A stretch of DNA of 64,000 nt from contig CP158635.1 of the NCBI GenBank assembly GCA_050273025.1, forward strand, positions 30,504,001-30,568,000. Direction: 5' to 3'. The notes beneath the pieces were generated by a model. The model saw only the letters and a list, made by a program, of their open reading frames with translations, was not told the origin of the DNA and did no database searches. Below are positions 48,901 to 62,882 of this stretch, piece after piece. Position 1 is the stretch's first letter, and the number at the start of each line of letters is the position of its first letter. This DNA comes from Cenococcum geophilum (Eukaryota). The position numbers and the translations under genes were made by a program.

Positions 48901-51900
48901 ATAACCACTAAACCTTTCTATCTATAACCTCTCTTATAAAGAGCTTAAGATCCTATAGGAATACCTTAATAGGTTACTAGAAAAGGGGTAAATCCGGCTT
49001 AGTAAGTCGCTAATAGGCGCGCCAATCCTCTTTATCCTAAAACTAGATAGAACTATAAGGCTATACGTAAACTATCGCGGTCTTAATAAGATTATAATTA
49101 AGAACCATTACCCACTACTACTAGTTAGTAAAATGCTAGATTAACTATTTAGGGCGAAAATCTTTATAAAGCTAAATCTATAAGACGCCTATTATAGGCT
49201 CTATATTAAAGAAGGGGATAAGTAAAAGACCGCTTTTAAGACCTAATATGGCCACTTTAAGTATCTAGTAATGCCTTTTAGGCTAGCCAATACGCCTATA
49301 ATATTCTAATTATATATTTATAGAGCTTTAGGGGGACTAGTTAACCGCATATACGTTATCTATTTAGATAATATCTTAATTTACTTAGAAGATAAGAATT
49401 AACACGAGTAATATATCCGCAAAGTGCTAGAACGTTTAGATAATTAGGGCCTCTACGCTAAGGCGTTAAAGTATATCTTTAATACTAAGTAGGTTAAGTT
49501 CCTAGGTTATATTATAACGCCTATAGGTATAGATAATCTAGAAGTGGCTAGAGCTAGAGAGCTACTAGGATATTTAAGTATTTCTAGGCTTTACCAATTT
49601 CTATAGGCGCTTTATTTATAACTACTTAGATATCGCCTAATACCTATTTAACTATATTATAGAAGCTTCCTAAGACCTAACCTATAGAGTAAAAAGCTTA
49701 AAGGCGGTAAGGAAGAAAACTAAAAAGGGATTAACTAAATAGTATAAACTATAGTTATGGCTTAGAAAGGTTTAGGAGGCCTTTTAAAAACTACGCGTAA
49801 AGTTTATGGAAGCTCTATTATTGCGGCATTTTACCTAGATTAGCTATTAATAATAATTACTAATATATTAAATTTCGCCCTTATTAGTATCCTACTATAA
49901 CCTAATAGGCATCTAGACGCTACCCAGCTCTACTAGAGACTAGTAGTATTCTATAATAGAAAATTCTAGGGACTTAAAGATAAGTATTATACCCATAATA
50001 AGGAACTACTAGCTATAGTTAACTGCTTTAAATAGTGGCGACACTACCTTAAGCACGTGTCACAGTGCTGCAATAAAGTAGACTAAATAACTACGTTGTG
50101 GTATAAAGAGGGGAAGAAGGTAAAAAGGGGGTATTATATATAAATAGTAGGGCCAGCCGCTAAGTCACTAGTGGTAGGCTAGCTAATAGTAGAAAATAGT
50201 ACAAGATAGTATAAAACAGTATACGTTAGGTTAGTGCCGTAACAGTACTTCTCTCCCCTAGATAGTTTAGTCCCTAAACTAAATAGATAACTTAAAAATA
50301 GGCAGTATATAGGGTTGCCTATTTTTTACCGCAAAGATATTAGTTTTGTTTACCGCCCTTAACTAAGCTAATAGCGATTTTCTATACCAGGCATAGAAAA
50401 TCCTAATTAGTTAGTTTAGTAAGTAAGGTTAGTAGAACTCCATACTACCACCTAAATTAATCCGCGTAGCGTTTCTTGGTAAGAATTTGGCTAATTAAAT
50501 AACTTTAACCGCTGCTTAAAGTTCTATAACATCTTAACCACCATAAATTTTAATACGGTGGTCGGCCGCGACCTTAGCGTGACTTTTCCTTATCTTATAC
50601 CTAGTCTGGGGGTCCTAGCTTTTTAGGGTATTACTTATAAAAGCGCTATATAGCTTATTTATAACCCTTTAGGTCTTCCTCTAGCTGCTAGGTTATGTCC
50701 TTATAATATTCCCATTTAATCTTATAAGTCAGGCCCTAGGGGTCTTTATTATATACATTAAAGATTTTCTTAAACTCCCATTTATCTTCTATATTACCAT
50801 TATTATCTCTCTCTACTACTCGTCCTTATATATTACGGCGCTCTATAATATTAATATTTACTTAACTAGAGATCTCTTTAGCAGCCTAAAGGCGGACCTT
50901 AGATGTATAAAAGAATTTATTTACTTAGATATAGTCCGGGAGGTCTACTACGACTACCCCTTAGTATACTGCGAGTACGGGGTATAGGCCGTCCTATTTA
51001 TCGTCCTATTTCTTCTTAAGTCTATTTATCTTTATATTTTTTAAGCTAACTATAACCATATCGCCTTTATAGAATAACGCGCTCTTATCCCTATAGGTAT
51101 TAGCATTATCTTTATAGCGTTACTATAAAATCCAGGCTAAGGCCTTAAGCTATATTAATATCCGCTTAAAGCAGTTAGCCATAAAGTTTACGTAGAAGAA
51201 CTCCTTCTTTACTTATACTAATAGTATTAGTAGGCGGGGCCAGTAGACTTAATTCTAAGGTAAAGGTTAAAGCCATAGTTTGTAAAAAACGGGGAGGTAC
51301 CTATACTCTTATTAACTTAGCTATTTATAGCAAATTTAGTAAGTGGCAGGTAGTTAACCTAATCGTCCTATATAAAGCTAACAAAAGCATAAAGGTATTT
51401 ATTTACGGCAGCGTTAATAATTTTAGTTTAGCCGTCTGTTTTTAGGTGCTAGGCTAAGCTTAGTTATAAGATTGTTTTAAGGCATTTACTTAGTTGTTAC
51501 TAGAAGTCGCTAACAAATTATATACCGTAATTAGAGATAATTATACTTAGTGCACTATAGAGCTTATATACGTTATTAACAAAGCCACTAACTAGCTCCT
51601 CTATTAAGAGTCCTATTACTAAAATAAGGTATTATATTTTAGTTAGGCGGTCTATAATAATAAGGATATATTTATATACCTTACTATAGCGTTAGTATAC
51701 CGGCAGCGTTATAATATAGTTAATTAAGATATTAGTTTATAGGCGGGCGGGTAATTCTAGTAGTTTTAGGAAACTAAATAGGGCAGAATAGGGGGTCTTA
51801 GTGCGAAAGTATAGGGCACAGTTTTTAACAAAGGTAGCCGTAAACTAGGAGATTCCTAGCCACTAGTATATTTAGTTTAAGAGGTTAAAAGTTTTAACCT

Positions 51901-54900
51901 AGCTAGGGTAACTAGTAGGGCCGCTGCTATAAGAGTAATAGGTAACTTTTAGGCGGAGGTCTAGGGCGTTAGGGATAAAAAGACGTTAGTAAAAGTAGAT
52001 CTATTTATTAACAATACTATATTCTAACTTATTATAATAAAGTAATTTCCTAATCTTCTTTAGCTAACGGCGAGCTTTCCAATTACATAGAGCCGCTATT
52101 ATATCTCTTATAAGTTTGTTCTCCTAGTATCCTAGCTAAATTAACTTATTTAGTAACTTTTTAGCTATTTTAGGGTCTAAAGCGGCTATAAACTCCGCGT
52201 TATTATAATTACGGGACTTGTATAGTATTTCTTTTAAAATTATAGGGTTAACTTTCTAGGGTGGTATAACGACTTAGGCTTAATAGCGGAGGCGTTTATT
52301 ATTAGTATTCTTAGGCCTTATTCCTAGTAGCTAGCTTAAGGCATTAGGGAGCGTGGCTTTACTACTAGGTCTATATATAACTACAAAGTTAAACTATAAG
52401 AGGAACTCTGCCTACTGGACTTAGCGCTAATTTAGCTACTTAGTAGTTATAAACATCTATAGGTTCTTATAGTTGGTAATAATTTTAAACAGCTCCTTAG
52501 TCACTTATAGCTTAGGACGCTATTCCTCTAAAGCCTTAATAATAGCTAAGAGTTCTTTATTATAGATCTTATAGTTATACTCTAGCGTAGAGTGCTTTAT
52601 AGAGAAGAATACAACTAGTTTTAATTTTCCGTTATTATTATACTAGGAAAGGACTCCGCTAGAAGCCTAATTTAATACATCTATCTTTACCACTGTTTTC
52701 TTTATATAGTTATAGTATGCTAATACTAGTGCTAAAGTAAAGGCTCCCTTAAGGGCCTTAAACGATTTAGCTTATTCTAGTCCCTATAGCTATCTAATAT
52801 CCTTTTTTAGGAGTTTTATTATAGGTATAGCAATAGCAGAGTAGCCTTAGATAAATCGTTAGTAGAAGTTCGCAAAGCTAAGAAATTATTATAGTTCTTT
52901 AATTAATATCGGGTCCTTCTATTTCTGTAAGGCCTATACCTTCTTAGGGTCCATAGTTATACTATTAGTTAAGATAATTAAGCTAAGGTATTTTGTTTTA
53001 GTAAAGTAGAACTTAAACTTATTAATATTAATCTAAAGTCTAGCATTACCAAGTCTTTAGATGACTTTATTTATATACTTAGTATACTTAGCGCGTGTTT
53101 TAGAAAAGACAAGGACGTTATTAAGGTAGGCAGTGCAGTAGTTATTAAGGGCATTATATAGTATATAGTTAATATAGTTTTAAAATATAGCGGGTGCGTT
53201 ATAGAGGCTAAATAGTATAACTAGCATCTTATAGAGTCTAAACCGGGTAATAAATGCTATAAGCTATTTATAGCCCTTTATAATCCGGATCTAGTTAAAC
53301 GCAGCAATTATATTAAGTTTAGTAAAGTACTTAGCACTATAAAGTGCGTTAAGTATCTTATAGATTAGTAGCAGTAGGTACTAATTCTTAATAGTAACTA
53401 TATTTAGGCCTTAGTAATTATAGCAGATTTATATACCGCTACTAGGCTTAGTAGTAAGGAGGAGTAGTACGGCAGCTAGTAAGGTTAATTTGTAAATAAA
53501 ACCCTTATCTAGTATCTTATTAATCTACTTCTTTACACACCTAAGTTTAGCAGGTAAGAGTGGTTTATTTTTATAGTACAGGGCCTAGTTTTTAGGGGTA
53601 ATCTTAATTTTATGGTCCTATAGTTAGTAAAGGGGTAGCTTATCTATATTCTTAAGGAGGAAGTGCTTAATATATTTACGAAATTCCTTTAGTAAACATT
53701 ATAAAATATCTTCGCGGGTTAATCCTACTTTGCCTTTTAGGAAATTTTCAATATTAGTATTAACTATCTTCTAACGTAAAAGCTTAGGTTTAGTTTTTAG
53801 ATTTATTTTAAGGAAGTTATAGAAATAGGGGGAGAGCACTTTATAGGCTTCCTTTATTATATAGTTGCCTTCCACTAGCCAGTAGAAAGACCTTTTTAAT
53901 AGGTTTAGTACTTCTATTAGGCCTATAGGCAGCTCTCCAAGTAGCTATTAGTGCTTATCTTATTTAACTAGTTCTACTAGCTCCGCTATATAGATCCTTA
54001 TTACCTTTACGTCTTTTTATTTATAGAACTAGGTGAAATTAATAGCATAAGTGCATTTAATATTATCTAGGTTAGGGTATATCTAGTTCTTTAGTGCTAT
54101 AGCTAGGCTAGTATAGCTTAGTTAGCCTAGGGAGGCAGAAATAAGGCGGCAGCCTTATATAGTACACGCAAGAGATAGGTATAAGGTTAGGCATTACGGT
54201 AGCGCGGTTCTATTATCTAGGTCTTAGTAGTTTTATAGCCAGTCCTTACTATAACGCAAGCTATAGTATGCGTATATAGTATATAGCTTAGTTCTAGGTA
54301 TTAGGCTAGGCGGCTAGGGTTTAAATAGTGCCTAAGTTAGGGTTAGATTTTTAGTAGTGGCGGTGTAAAGCAGACCTTGTTTTTTAGTCTTAGCAGGGCT
54401 GGCTGGCCTATTGTTTTAGTCTTAAGTACTAAGGTAGTCTAGTCTTTTACTATCTTATTTCTTTATAGCTATATAGGCTCCCCTTTATTAGGAACGTCTT
54501 CTACTATTAGGGCTTTATATATAGTTTTAGGCACTAGGCTTAATAGTACTAAGTATCCATATAGGGCGTCCCTACTACTATTAGTTATCCCCCACAAGAG
54601 GTAGTGCCTAAAGTAGTAATCTAAGTCAAAGCGGATCTTAAGTTTCCTAAAGCTAGGACGAGACTTATACTTCTAAAGCTAGGGTATACTTAGGATAATT
54701 AGGGTAGTGGGTAAGAGTTTAGTAATAAAAAAGAGTATAGCTTTAGTATAAAGGCCAATTATTATTTAGGCGGTAAAGTAGTCCGTAATAAGTAAAGATA
54801 GAATGCTATCTATAAGGCGTAGTAGCCTAAGTACTAGCAGCTTCTTAGTTATAATGTTATACTTTCTTATAATAGACTCTACGTCGGTAAATACTATTAT

Positions 54901-55860
54901 AGTACTACCGGAGTCTACTAGGCTTACTATATTAATATAAACTTAGGGGTATAGGTTATATAATAAGGAGAGTTAGGTTTAAATAAGGATTAATTTCTTA
55001 TTACTATTTACTAATCTAAGATTAAGTAGCAGCTTACTAATAAAAAGGATTAATTAATCTAGTAATAAGGACCTAATCTTCTTATCTTCCTCCTTATATA
55101 GTTTAAACCCTTAAACGCGACTTAGTCTAAGGGTTTACCTTTTAATAACTAGGATATAGGGCTGTCTTAGTAGGGTGGTCTAGTATCTATCTAGCTAGCG
55201 GTGTTGGTTTTAGTCTTAGTTGGGGTATAGAAAGATAATACCTCGCTAATAATATAGCTATATTCGTATTTGCTAGCGCGAAGTCGCTAATACTAGGCGT
55301 TATTAACGGGTTAGGCTCCTATATAGGGTATAGTTTAGAGTAACTAAGCTATAGGGTTAAAGGGGGGGGGGTCGTCTACCGCGGCTATAATAGGCTCTGT
55401 GGTCGCCGCGTTTATAATAGACTTTATAGTTACCGCGTCCGCGGTTATTAGTTCGCGTTATTTAATAGGGTAGTATTAGGACTAGGTTTACTATTTTAGT
55501 AGGGTTATAGGCGTCCTTTTAGTGGCCAGGTAGGCTATAGGTAAGGTATAATTTATTATTAACGCGGCGCTTACGCTCCGTATTTAAGATTCTATTAAGA
55601 TTTATAGGTTCTCTAGTTATTACTAGGGTTAGGGTTAATATAGGGGTAGGGGCTTAGGCAGGTAGGCAGTAGTTAGCATTCTTCTTAAGGTTGGCTTAGT
55701 ATATATAGTTTATAAGGTTCTTAGCAAATATATCTATCTACTTACTTTAACCTATATAGTCGCTATTATTAATTTTATAGGCAAGTCTAAGTACCAGCTC
55801 TTTTATCTTCAGAGAAATAAACTTTTAGAGTAGGTCCACCTTCTATTCGTCTATCTTCTT

Positions 55861-57949
55861 TTTTTTATTATTTATGTCTATTGTATTATACTACGTACAA
55901 TACTGCGCATGCAGCCTTGGGCTATGGCGCTATGGTTCTATATATATAAATCCTTTCTAGGCAGCTTAATATGTACTAGCAGCTATGTCCTAGTAGTTTA
56001 TAAACCCCTAAATTAGGAGTTTATAGTTTCCTAGTAAAATACTAAGATACTACAACTACTAGGGAATGAGAAAATGGTAAGAAAAACTATAAGAAATCCT
56101 AACCCCTGTCCCTGTCCTTTTGCAATTTATTTCTATCCTTTTGCTCTCTAATATCTTTTTAAGAGCCTAGTAGGAGTTACCTCCTTCTAGAATCCTATCT
56201 GTTTTATTCTTCTATAGAATCTTCTTCGCGTACTAGTTTAGCAGCTTTAAGAGTCTCGCAGTCTTTACTATTAGCAAAGTGTTTTTCTTTACAATTAATG
56301 CAAAGAGGGGTGGTATGCTGGCAAGACTTACCTGTTATTATACAGGTAAAACAGGAATGGTCTTTAGATAAATATGCAGCTGCACAGTATCTGTAGGCCC
56401 TAGTAGAGCACCTATCTCCTATATGGCCAAATTTTTGGCAGCTCGTACACTGCGTAGTAGGAAAGACTTCGAGGTATTTTACTACCTTAGTAGCTGTACC
56501 TACAATTAATATCTCTTTTTGCTTAAGGATTTCTTGTCTTTTTTCTTCGTTCTCTATAGTAAAAACTATAGAGCCAAATCTAGTTTATAGATTGTGTCTT
56601 TTTATACTAGATAAGATCCATTTAGGTAGTCCTTGTATCCTTATAGGATTAAAGGTCTTAATTTCTTCTTTTAGAAGCTTAGAGCCTCCTTCTCCTAGGA
56701 AAGGTAGGGTAGGAACCCCATGGGCTATAATTTGAATCCATAGTTCTAGTTTTTGTTCTCTTTAAAAGGTAAAGCAGTTATGCAAGATTTCTTTATATTT
56801 AACTAGGAAATCCGCATTATACTCTTCCGTAGTCGTAAGGAGAATATTTTGTTTTCTTTTAGTTCTAGTTATAGATGCTAAAACAGGTTTTTCTACTTGC
56901 AGTTTTGATGCAAATAGTTGATTGACTTTATTTCGTATAGAGAAGGTATCTAAAGGTTAGTCCTTTTAGTCTGTAATTAGGACTAGCTTTCTTTCTTATA
57001 GCTGCTTTTTCTTACTTCTAGTAGAAGTAGAAGGAGTAGGAAATGGTAGTGACGAAGAGGGTAAAGAGGACGAAGTAGGGAGGTCCTTCTTTAGCCTCTC
57101 TGCGTAGGTTTCTTTAGTAGGGGCTACCTCCTTACGGAGAGCTCTTACTTCTTCGACTAGTCCTTTTAGGACATCTTTTGTCTTTTCTTTTCCTTTTATA
57201 AAGGGGTTTTCTCCTACTAGGACACTACGTGTATAGTCCTCTAGCTGTTTAACTTGTTCCTTTTTATCTTCTTCTTCTTCTTCTAGCCCTTTATAGGCCT
57301 GGGTTAGGCTATCTAGAGCCTTTTATAGGTGTTATTCTGGAGAAAGGGGAGAGAAAGATATACTAGGTATACCAGCTGTAAAAGTCATTAGTTTAGTTGT
57401 CTTTTTTGCAGGTTTTTGGTTTTCTTTTTCAGTAGAAGACTAAGGATGTCCTCTTTTTTCTCCTGTCCCAAATAGGCCAGGAGAAGGAGAAGGGGCAGAA
57501 AAAGTAAATGTAGACTTATTGTCACTTATTTCTATAGGAGGTTGTTTTTTTTTATGCCTACTAGGCTTCGGCATCTTATAGGAGGGTTCCCTAGTTTTTA
57601 CTATCCTTATACCCTTTTCCCTTACTAATCCTACTAGAAGATTTCTGGGGAGATTAGGCTAAAAGGTAGTAGAAAAACTAGCTCCTATTTGCAGTTTTAG
57701 TATTGGTGGTAGTGGTAATAGTTTTGGTATTCCTGTCCGTGCCTCGCTTATAAGCTAGGGCCACCCCTAAAGAAAATTTTCTGTTAGGAAAAGGGGGTAA
57801 AACGACAAATAAATCCACCTCTAGCTCGCTAGGTAGTAGGAATTAGGTCTTAAAAGTTGGAAAATCGATTGTTTTTGATGGTAAGATGGGTTTGCGTAAG
57901 TTTTGGAGTGTGGCGCTACCTTTTGGTAAGGTTGCATGTGCGGTAAAGG
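55861..57949 (-). mobile_element. LINE-derived (Tad1-like) non-LTR element carrying ORF1 only
   Basis: 15-bp TSD TTCG(T/C)CTATCTTCTT (55846-55860, 57950-57964); A-rich tail on the minus strand; gag-like ORF1; no endonuclease or RT recognised. Confidence 0.85.
56160..57574 (-). pseudogene. LINE ORF1 (gag-like, Cys/His zinc knuckles) pseudogene
   Basis: Translation TTQCTSCQKFGHIGDRCSTRAYRYCAAAYLSKDHSCFTC...CQHTTPLCINCKEKHFANSKDC; start and end approximate. Confidence 0.8.
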
Positions 57950-60900
57950 TTCGCCTATCTTCTTAGCGCGGACTATTAGCTTATTAAGCTCTCCCTTCTA
58001 GGACTAGTAATTACGCTCGCCCTAGGGGAAATAGTTAAGCTTATTCTTTATAACTTAGGTTATATTAAGGACCTTATAGTAGGTAGTAAGGTCTTTAAGT
58101 ATATCTTTCTTAATAGGCTATTTTCACGTAAATATATTGTTTAGGTTCTCGTATATAAGCTTTAAGCCCTACTTAATAAACTTATAGGCTTTATTCTTTA
58201 GTATATCCGAGATATAAAGGATTTAGGACTAAACTATATTAAAGTAGTCCTAGTCCTAGTTAAAGACTCCCTTAATCTTAATATGCTAGGTCTTAAAATT
58301 AGCTTATTATTCTAGTGGGGTGCCTTTTCCGCTAAATATTAGCGGGTCTTTAGATCTCCGTTTTTTCTGCTAGGTTACTACCGTTATTATAGGGGTTAAT
58401 TATTTTAAAACGGCGATAGTCTCTACCTAGGAGTTAATAGTTCCTATTTAGGAGGCAATAAGGGCACTAAGGTTTTTATTAGCTTTCTTATTAGCGGTAT
58501 TTGTATTATATATACACTATAGTCCTACTTTAATATTATTAAGGAACTCGTTAGTATAGTTAATAAGGGTAAGGTAAGCTTTATTAGGCTTAAAGGTCTT
58601 AGGGTATAGTAGGGAGCGGCGGATTATCTACGCGATATTAGGGTATATTTCTATAAAGAGGTCTATAAAAACATTATAGGGGTTCTAGGTTTCGGCTATT
58701 TCGGCGTTATTAGTGTCGCCTATTTAGGCGCTAGGTAAAAATTAAGGATCGTTTTAGGACTATGCTGGGGATGTATTAGTTTTAGTAGAGGCGCGCGTAG
58801 GTCGCGATTGCTCTAGGGCGGAGGTTAATTGGCTAGGGTATAAGGAATTAGTGATCGCAAGAGGGCGCAAATTAAAGATACTATAAACTGTTATAGTGCT
58901 ATAATAAAGTAGACTAAATAACTACGTTATAGTATAAAGAGGGAAAGAAGGTGGAAAGGGGGTATTATATATAAATAGTAGGGCCGGCCGCCAAGCCACT
59001 AGTGGTGGGCTAGCTAATAGTAGGAAATAGTACAAGACAGTATAAAACAGTATGCGTTAGGTCAGTACCGTGACAGCATATAAGCTATACTACTTATATA
59101 CTCTTAGATTACTATAATTTATACTACTTTATAACTATAAAGAAGCTTATACCTTAATAAGCTAAATAGGTAGAGGAGCTTATGTAATTTAATTTTAAGA
59201 TTAAATATAAGCTAGGGGAAAATAACCCTACTAATAGACCGTTATAACGGCTAGACTATACTAAAGGCTTTAAAATAGGAGAAGGAAAACAAATAATAGA
59301 TATCTTACTCCCTATACTATAGAATAAGCTCTAGGTATAGAATGCTTAAGTACCTATAGCTCTATATACTAAGTCTTAGGTAGTATAAGCCCTATTAGTT
59401 TCTACTAGCATTCTAGCTAGTACCCGGTCCGTTACTAATAAGGGTCTAAATATACCTAGATAGAATATCCCTAATATATTCTCGGAACCTAGTAATATAT
59501 TATCTCTAATTACTAAACTATCCCCTTAAACTAATAGTAAAGCTATAGAGTAATTGGAACTTAGAGCCCTATAATAACTAAAGGACTTTAACCTTATAGC
59601 GGCCTTCCTAATATATACGCATTAAAGAGTTGCAAGATCTATAGTACTATCTAGTCTTATACTTAAAGTAGTATAAAATAAAATAGCTTTTACCTAGAAA
59701 CTATCTAAAAGGTTAATAAATCTTATCCATAAAGTGCAACGGAGAGATACTTTTTATACTATCTTTAATGCGGAAGTAGACCGGAAACGTAACAGAAAGG
59801 AAGCTGCTAGGCGCTACTATTAGGAACTAGACCCAATAGGCCTATGTAAAGGTAGTAAGGTTTAGGTACTATAAGAAGTAAATTTACAACAGAAGATTCT
59901 TATAAAGAATTACAATAATCCTCTAGGCGGCCACTATAGTTAGGTAAAAATAGTGGAATTACTTTAGCGTAAATACTATTAGCTAAAGCTTAATTAGGAA
60001 GTAAAGGAGTATATTAGCTATTATAAGAAGTATTAAGTATATAAGATCCGTAGGTACAAGCTATAGGGTCTACTTAAATTAGTTCCCCCCGCTAGTAAGC
60101 TATAGCAATATTACGCTATAGACTTTATTACGGATCTCCTACTATTTAAAGATAGCTAAGGACGAATATATAATTCGGTCCTTATACTTATTAATAGGTT
60201 TTTAAAGTACGTCTAATACCTTCCCGTTAATAAGACGATTAATATATAAACGCTCGCCAGCCTAATTAAGGAGAAATACTTTCTTAAAGTAGATTAGCCG
60301 CACTCTATTATTACTAATAGGGGCAGCGTTTTTATAAGCCAGTACTAGTCGGATTTATACTTTTATTTAAAGATAGACTACTATTATAGTATAGCTTTCT
60401 ATCTATAAACAGACAGGTAAATAAAACGCTAGAACTAGGAACTAGAGTCTTACCTATAAATATATTTAAATTACTAGCAAGATAACTAGTATAAGCTACT
60501 TCTATACGTAGAGTACGCTTATAATTTAAAGTAATACGTATTATATAAGTATACACCAATCCAGATTGCCTATAGCGTTTAACTATTTAGGTTTAATAGT
60601 ATACCTAATAATTACTAGCTAAGGCCGCATAATTAGCTATAGAATCCTACTGGGAAGTTTAAGGATATCTACTAAAGAGTATAAGGATACCTCTAAAAAT
60701 GGGAGGAGTAATAGAAGTATGCGAAGTAGAGCCTATAAGATGCCTAAGAGTAGTAGAGACTTTAATATAACTATAAGCACTAGGATAAGCATTTTAAAGT
60801 AGGCGATAAGGTTTTATTATATTTAATAAATATTAAGACCTGTTAACTATTAAAGAAGCTTAATATAAGATACCTAGGTCCCTTTTAAGTTAAGGAACAA

Positions 60901-61819
60901 ATTAGTAAGCTAGCCTATTATCTTTAGCTACCCCTATCTATAGCCTATATATATCTAGTATTTTATATAAACCTACTAGAGCTATAGTATAGACTACTAC
61001 TAGAAAAGAACTTCCGTCTAGGCCTAATTAAATACCTTAAGGTAGTAGGCGAGCGGTATAAGGTTAAAGCTATACTACGCTATAAGTCTATTAAGAACAA
61101 GCTTTAATATAAAGTTAAATAGCTAGGCTAGCCTATTAAGGACTCTATATAGGAACTAGAGGATTGCCTTAATTATTATAAAGATATTCTAAAAGAATAT
61201 TAGGACTAAGGCCTATAATCTACAAATTACAGAAAGCGCTCTAATACTATAGTGTTATCGCAACCTATAAAGAAAGCTCGTAAAAAGAGTAAATAGGTTA
61301 AATTAGATATAGAATAGATAGGCTCCGGAAACTATAAGGATTAGGGCTACGGCCTAAGGCAAAACAGGTCCTTAGCCTTTTTACGTATATAGCATAGAGT
61401 TAATAGGGCATTTTACTAGAATTATATTCCTATTTATTAATCTATACTAGAAATATTATTTTTAGGGCTTCTAAGCCCTTTCTAAAAGCCTTACGGGGTC
61501 TTTTTAAGCACTTAATTAAGGTCCTTAATTGCTACTATATATAAGAACGAATCCTAAAAGTCTAAATCCTAAAAGCCTAATCTAAAAAGCTGCTATACCT
61601 TACCCTTAGGAGCAGGATTAGTATCTATTAGGCTATTAAGTAATAGCTAATAAGAATGGGATCTAGACCCCTTAGTAGGGGTGCGAGTAGGTATAAAAAT
61701 AGGGGTAGGATAATAAGGTGTAGCTAGAGCAGAGATTCGCGAACACTTAACACCAATATTAGGTCTAAACTAATATTAATAAAGCTCTTACGGCGTAAGC
61801 TTATAGTTAATAAAGATAT

Positions 61820-62006
61820 TGTCACGGCACTGACCTGACACGTTGTTATGACTTAGTGTTGTTATGACACGAGCATAGACCTGACCCCTGAGCGACACGT
61901 ATATATACCGCCTCACCTCCTACATAGCTCCTCACACGACATCGTTTGTCAATTATATACAGTCACCTCGTACATCGTACCTTGACAGTCGGCACGTACC
62001 GTAACA
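61820..62006. repeat. Solo LTR (187 bp), TSD GATAT/GACAT, little RIP
   Basis: TGTCACGG...CCGTAACA; first 17 bp match the reverse complement of the C LTR end (16/17); many CA/TG dinucleotides retained. Confidence 0.88.
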
Positions 62007-62882
62007 GACATACTTAAGCCTAGAATAAATAGAGATATTAGCTAGCTAGTATAGTCTAAAACCACCGAGACCTTACTATAGTAACTGTTAGTTACCTATT
62101 CGCTAGGTACCCAAAGGGTAACCTACCTAATACCGTATTATATTATGCTCTTTTGAAACTTAACGTATATATATAAACTCCTTTCTATAGTAGACGGCAA
62201 CCTTCTTCTTATTACCCCTATCTTATACCCTATTCTTAGTATACTAACCTTACTCTTATATTAAGCGTTACTAGCTAGCTTACTAAAAATTATAGGCGAT
62301 ATAGATAGCTATAGTATAGTCTTAAATACAACCTAGACGTTTAGTATTAGCGCTTAAATAGGAGAGAACCCGGGTAATATAGTAGTTAAGGATATTAAAG
62401 GAACGTCGCTACTTAGGCCTAAGCTATTAAAGTTAGCAATGGAAATCTATTAAGGATAGAAAAGCTCACCTTAATATAACTACCGCTCTTAGTACGTATA
62501 TATTAATTATAAGAACTAAAGGTATTAGATCTAACGTAGTATGTCTTATTATAAGCCTCCAGAATCCTATTATTAGACTTCTAGTCTTTTAAAGATATAT
62601 AAGCAAAATTATTTAGGTAGAACTAGCACTAGTTACGGGTTAGTAGAGGTTAGGGTTCTATATATAAAGGTAGGGCTAAAATACGCTATAGAATTTACTT
62701 AGAAAAGCAGTTAGCTAGGAGAATAAAAAGGTATATTAAATTATTAATGGAAAAAAAGAAAATCTTAATAATATATTAAAGATACGTCCAAAATTAGACG
62801 AAGGTTAATAATAGGAAAGTAAGGTATTAAGGAAAAGGAGCAGCTTAATAAGTAAAGGTATCCTTATACTTTACCGTCTAAT

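Larger units (their letters stand above)
50058..59075 (-). mobile_element. Ty3/Gypsy chromovirus 'C', same LTR family as B, inserted in the RNase H region of E
   Basis: 187-bp LTRs 50058-50244 and 58889-59075; TSD GCACG/GCATA (transition differences only); RT nearly colinear with B. Confidence 0.93.
45940..62882 (+). mobile_element. Ty3/Gypsy chromovirus 'E'; 3' LTR not seen, probably displaced beyond the window by element F
   Basis: Putative short LTR 45940-46055 (TGTAAGGGA...TCTTTACA); protease ALYNSGA ~47995; RT YLDNILI ~49361; RNase H split by C; integrase ~59900-60550; chromodomain ~61050-61200. Confidence 0.8.

Noticed and set aside
27270..60559. Remaining short ORFs (27270, 37896, 41230, 60332)
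   Set aside because: Off-frame or antisense within TE remnants, with Y/I/L-rich RIP composition.
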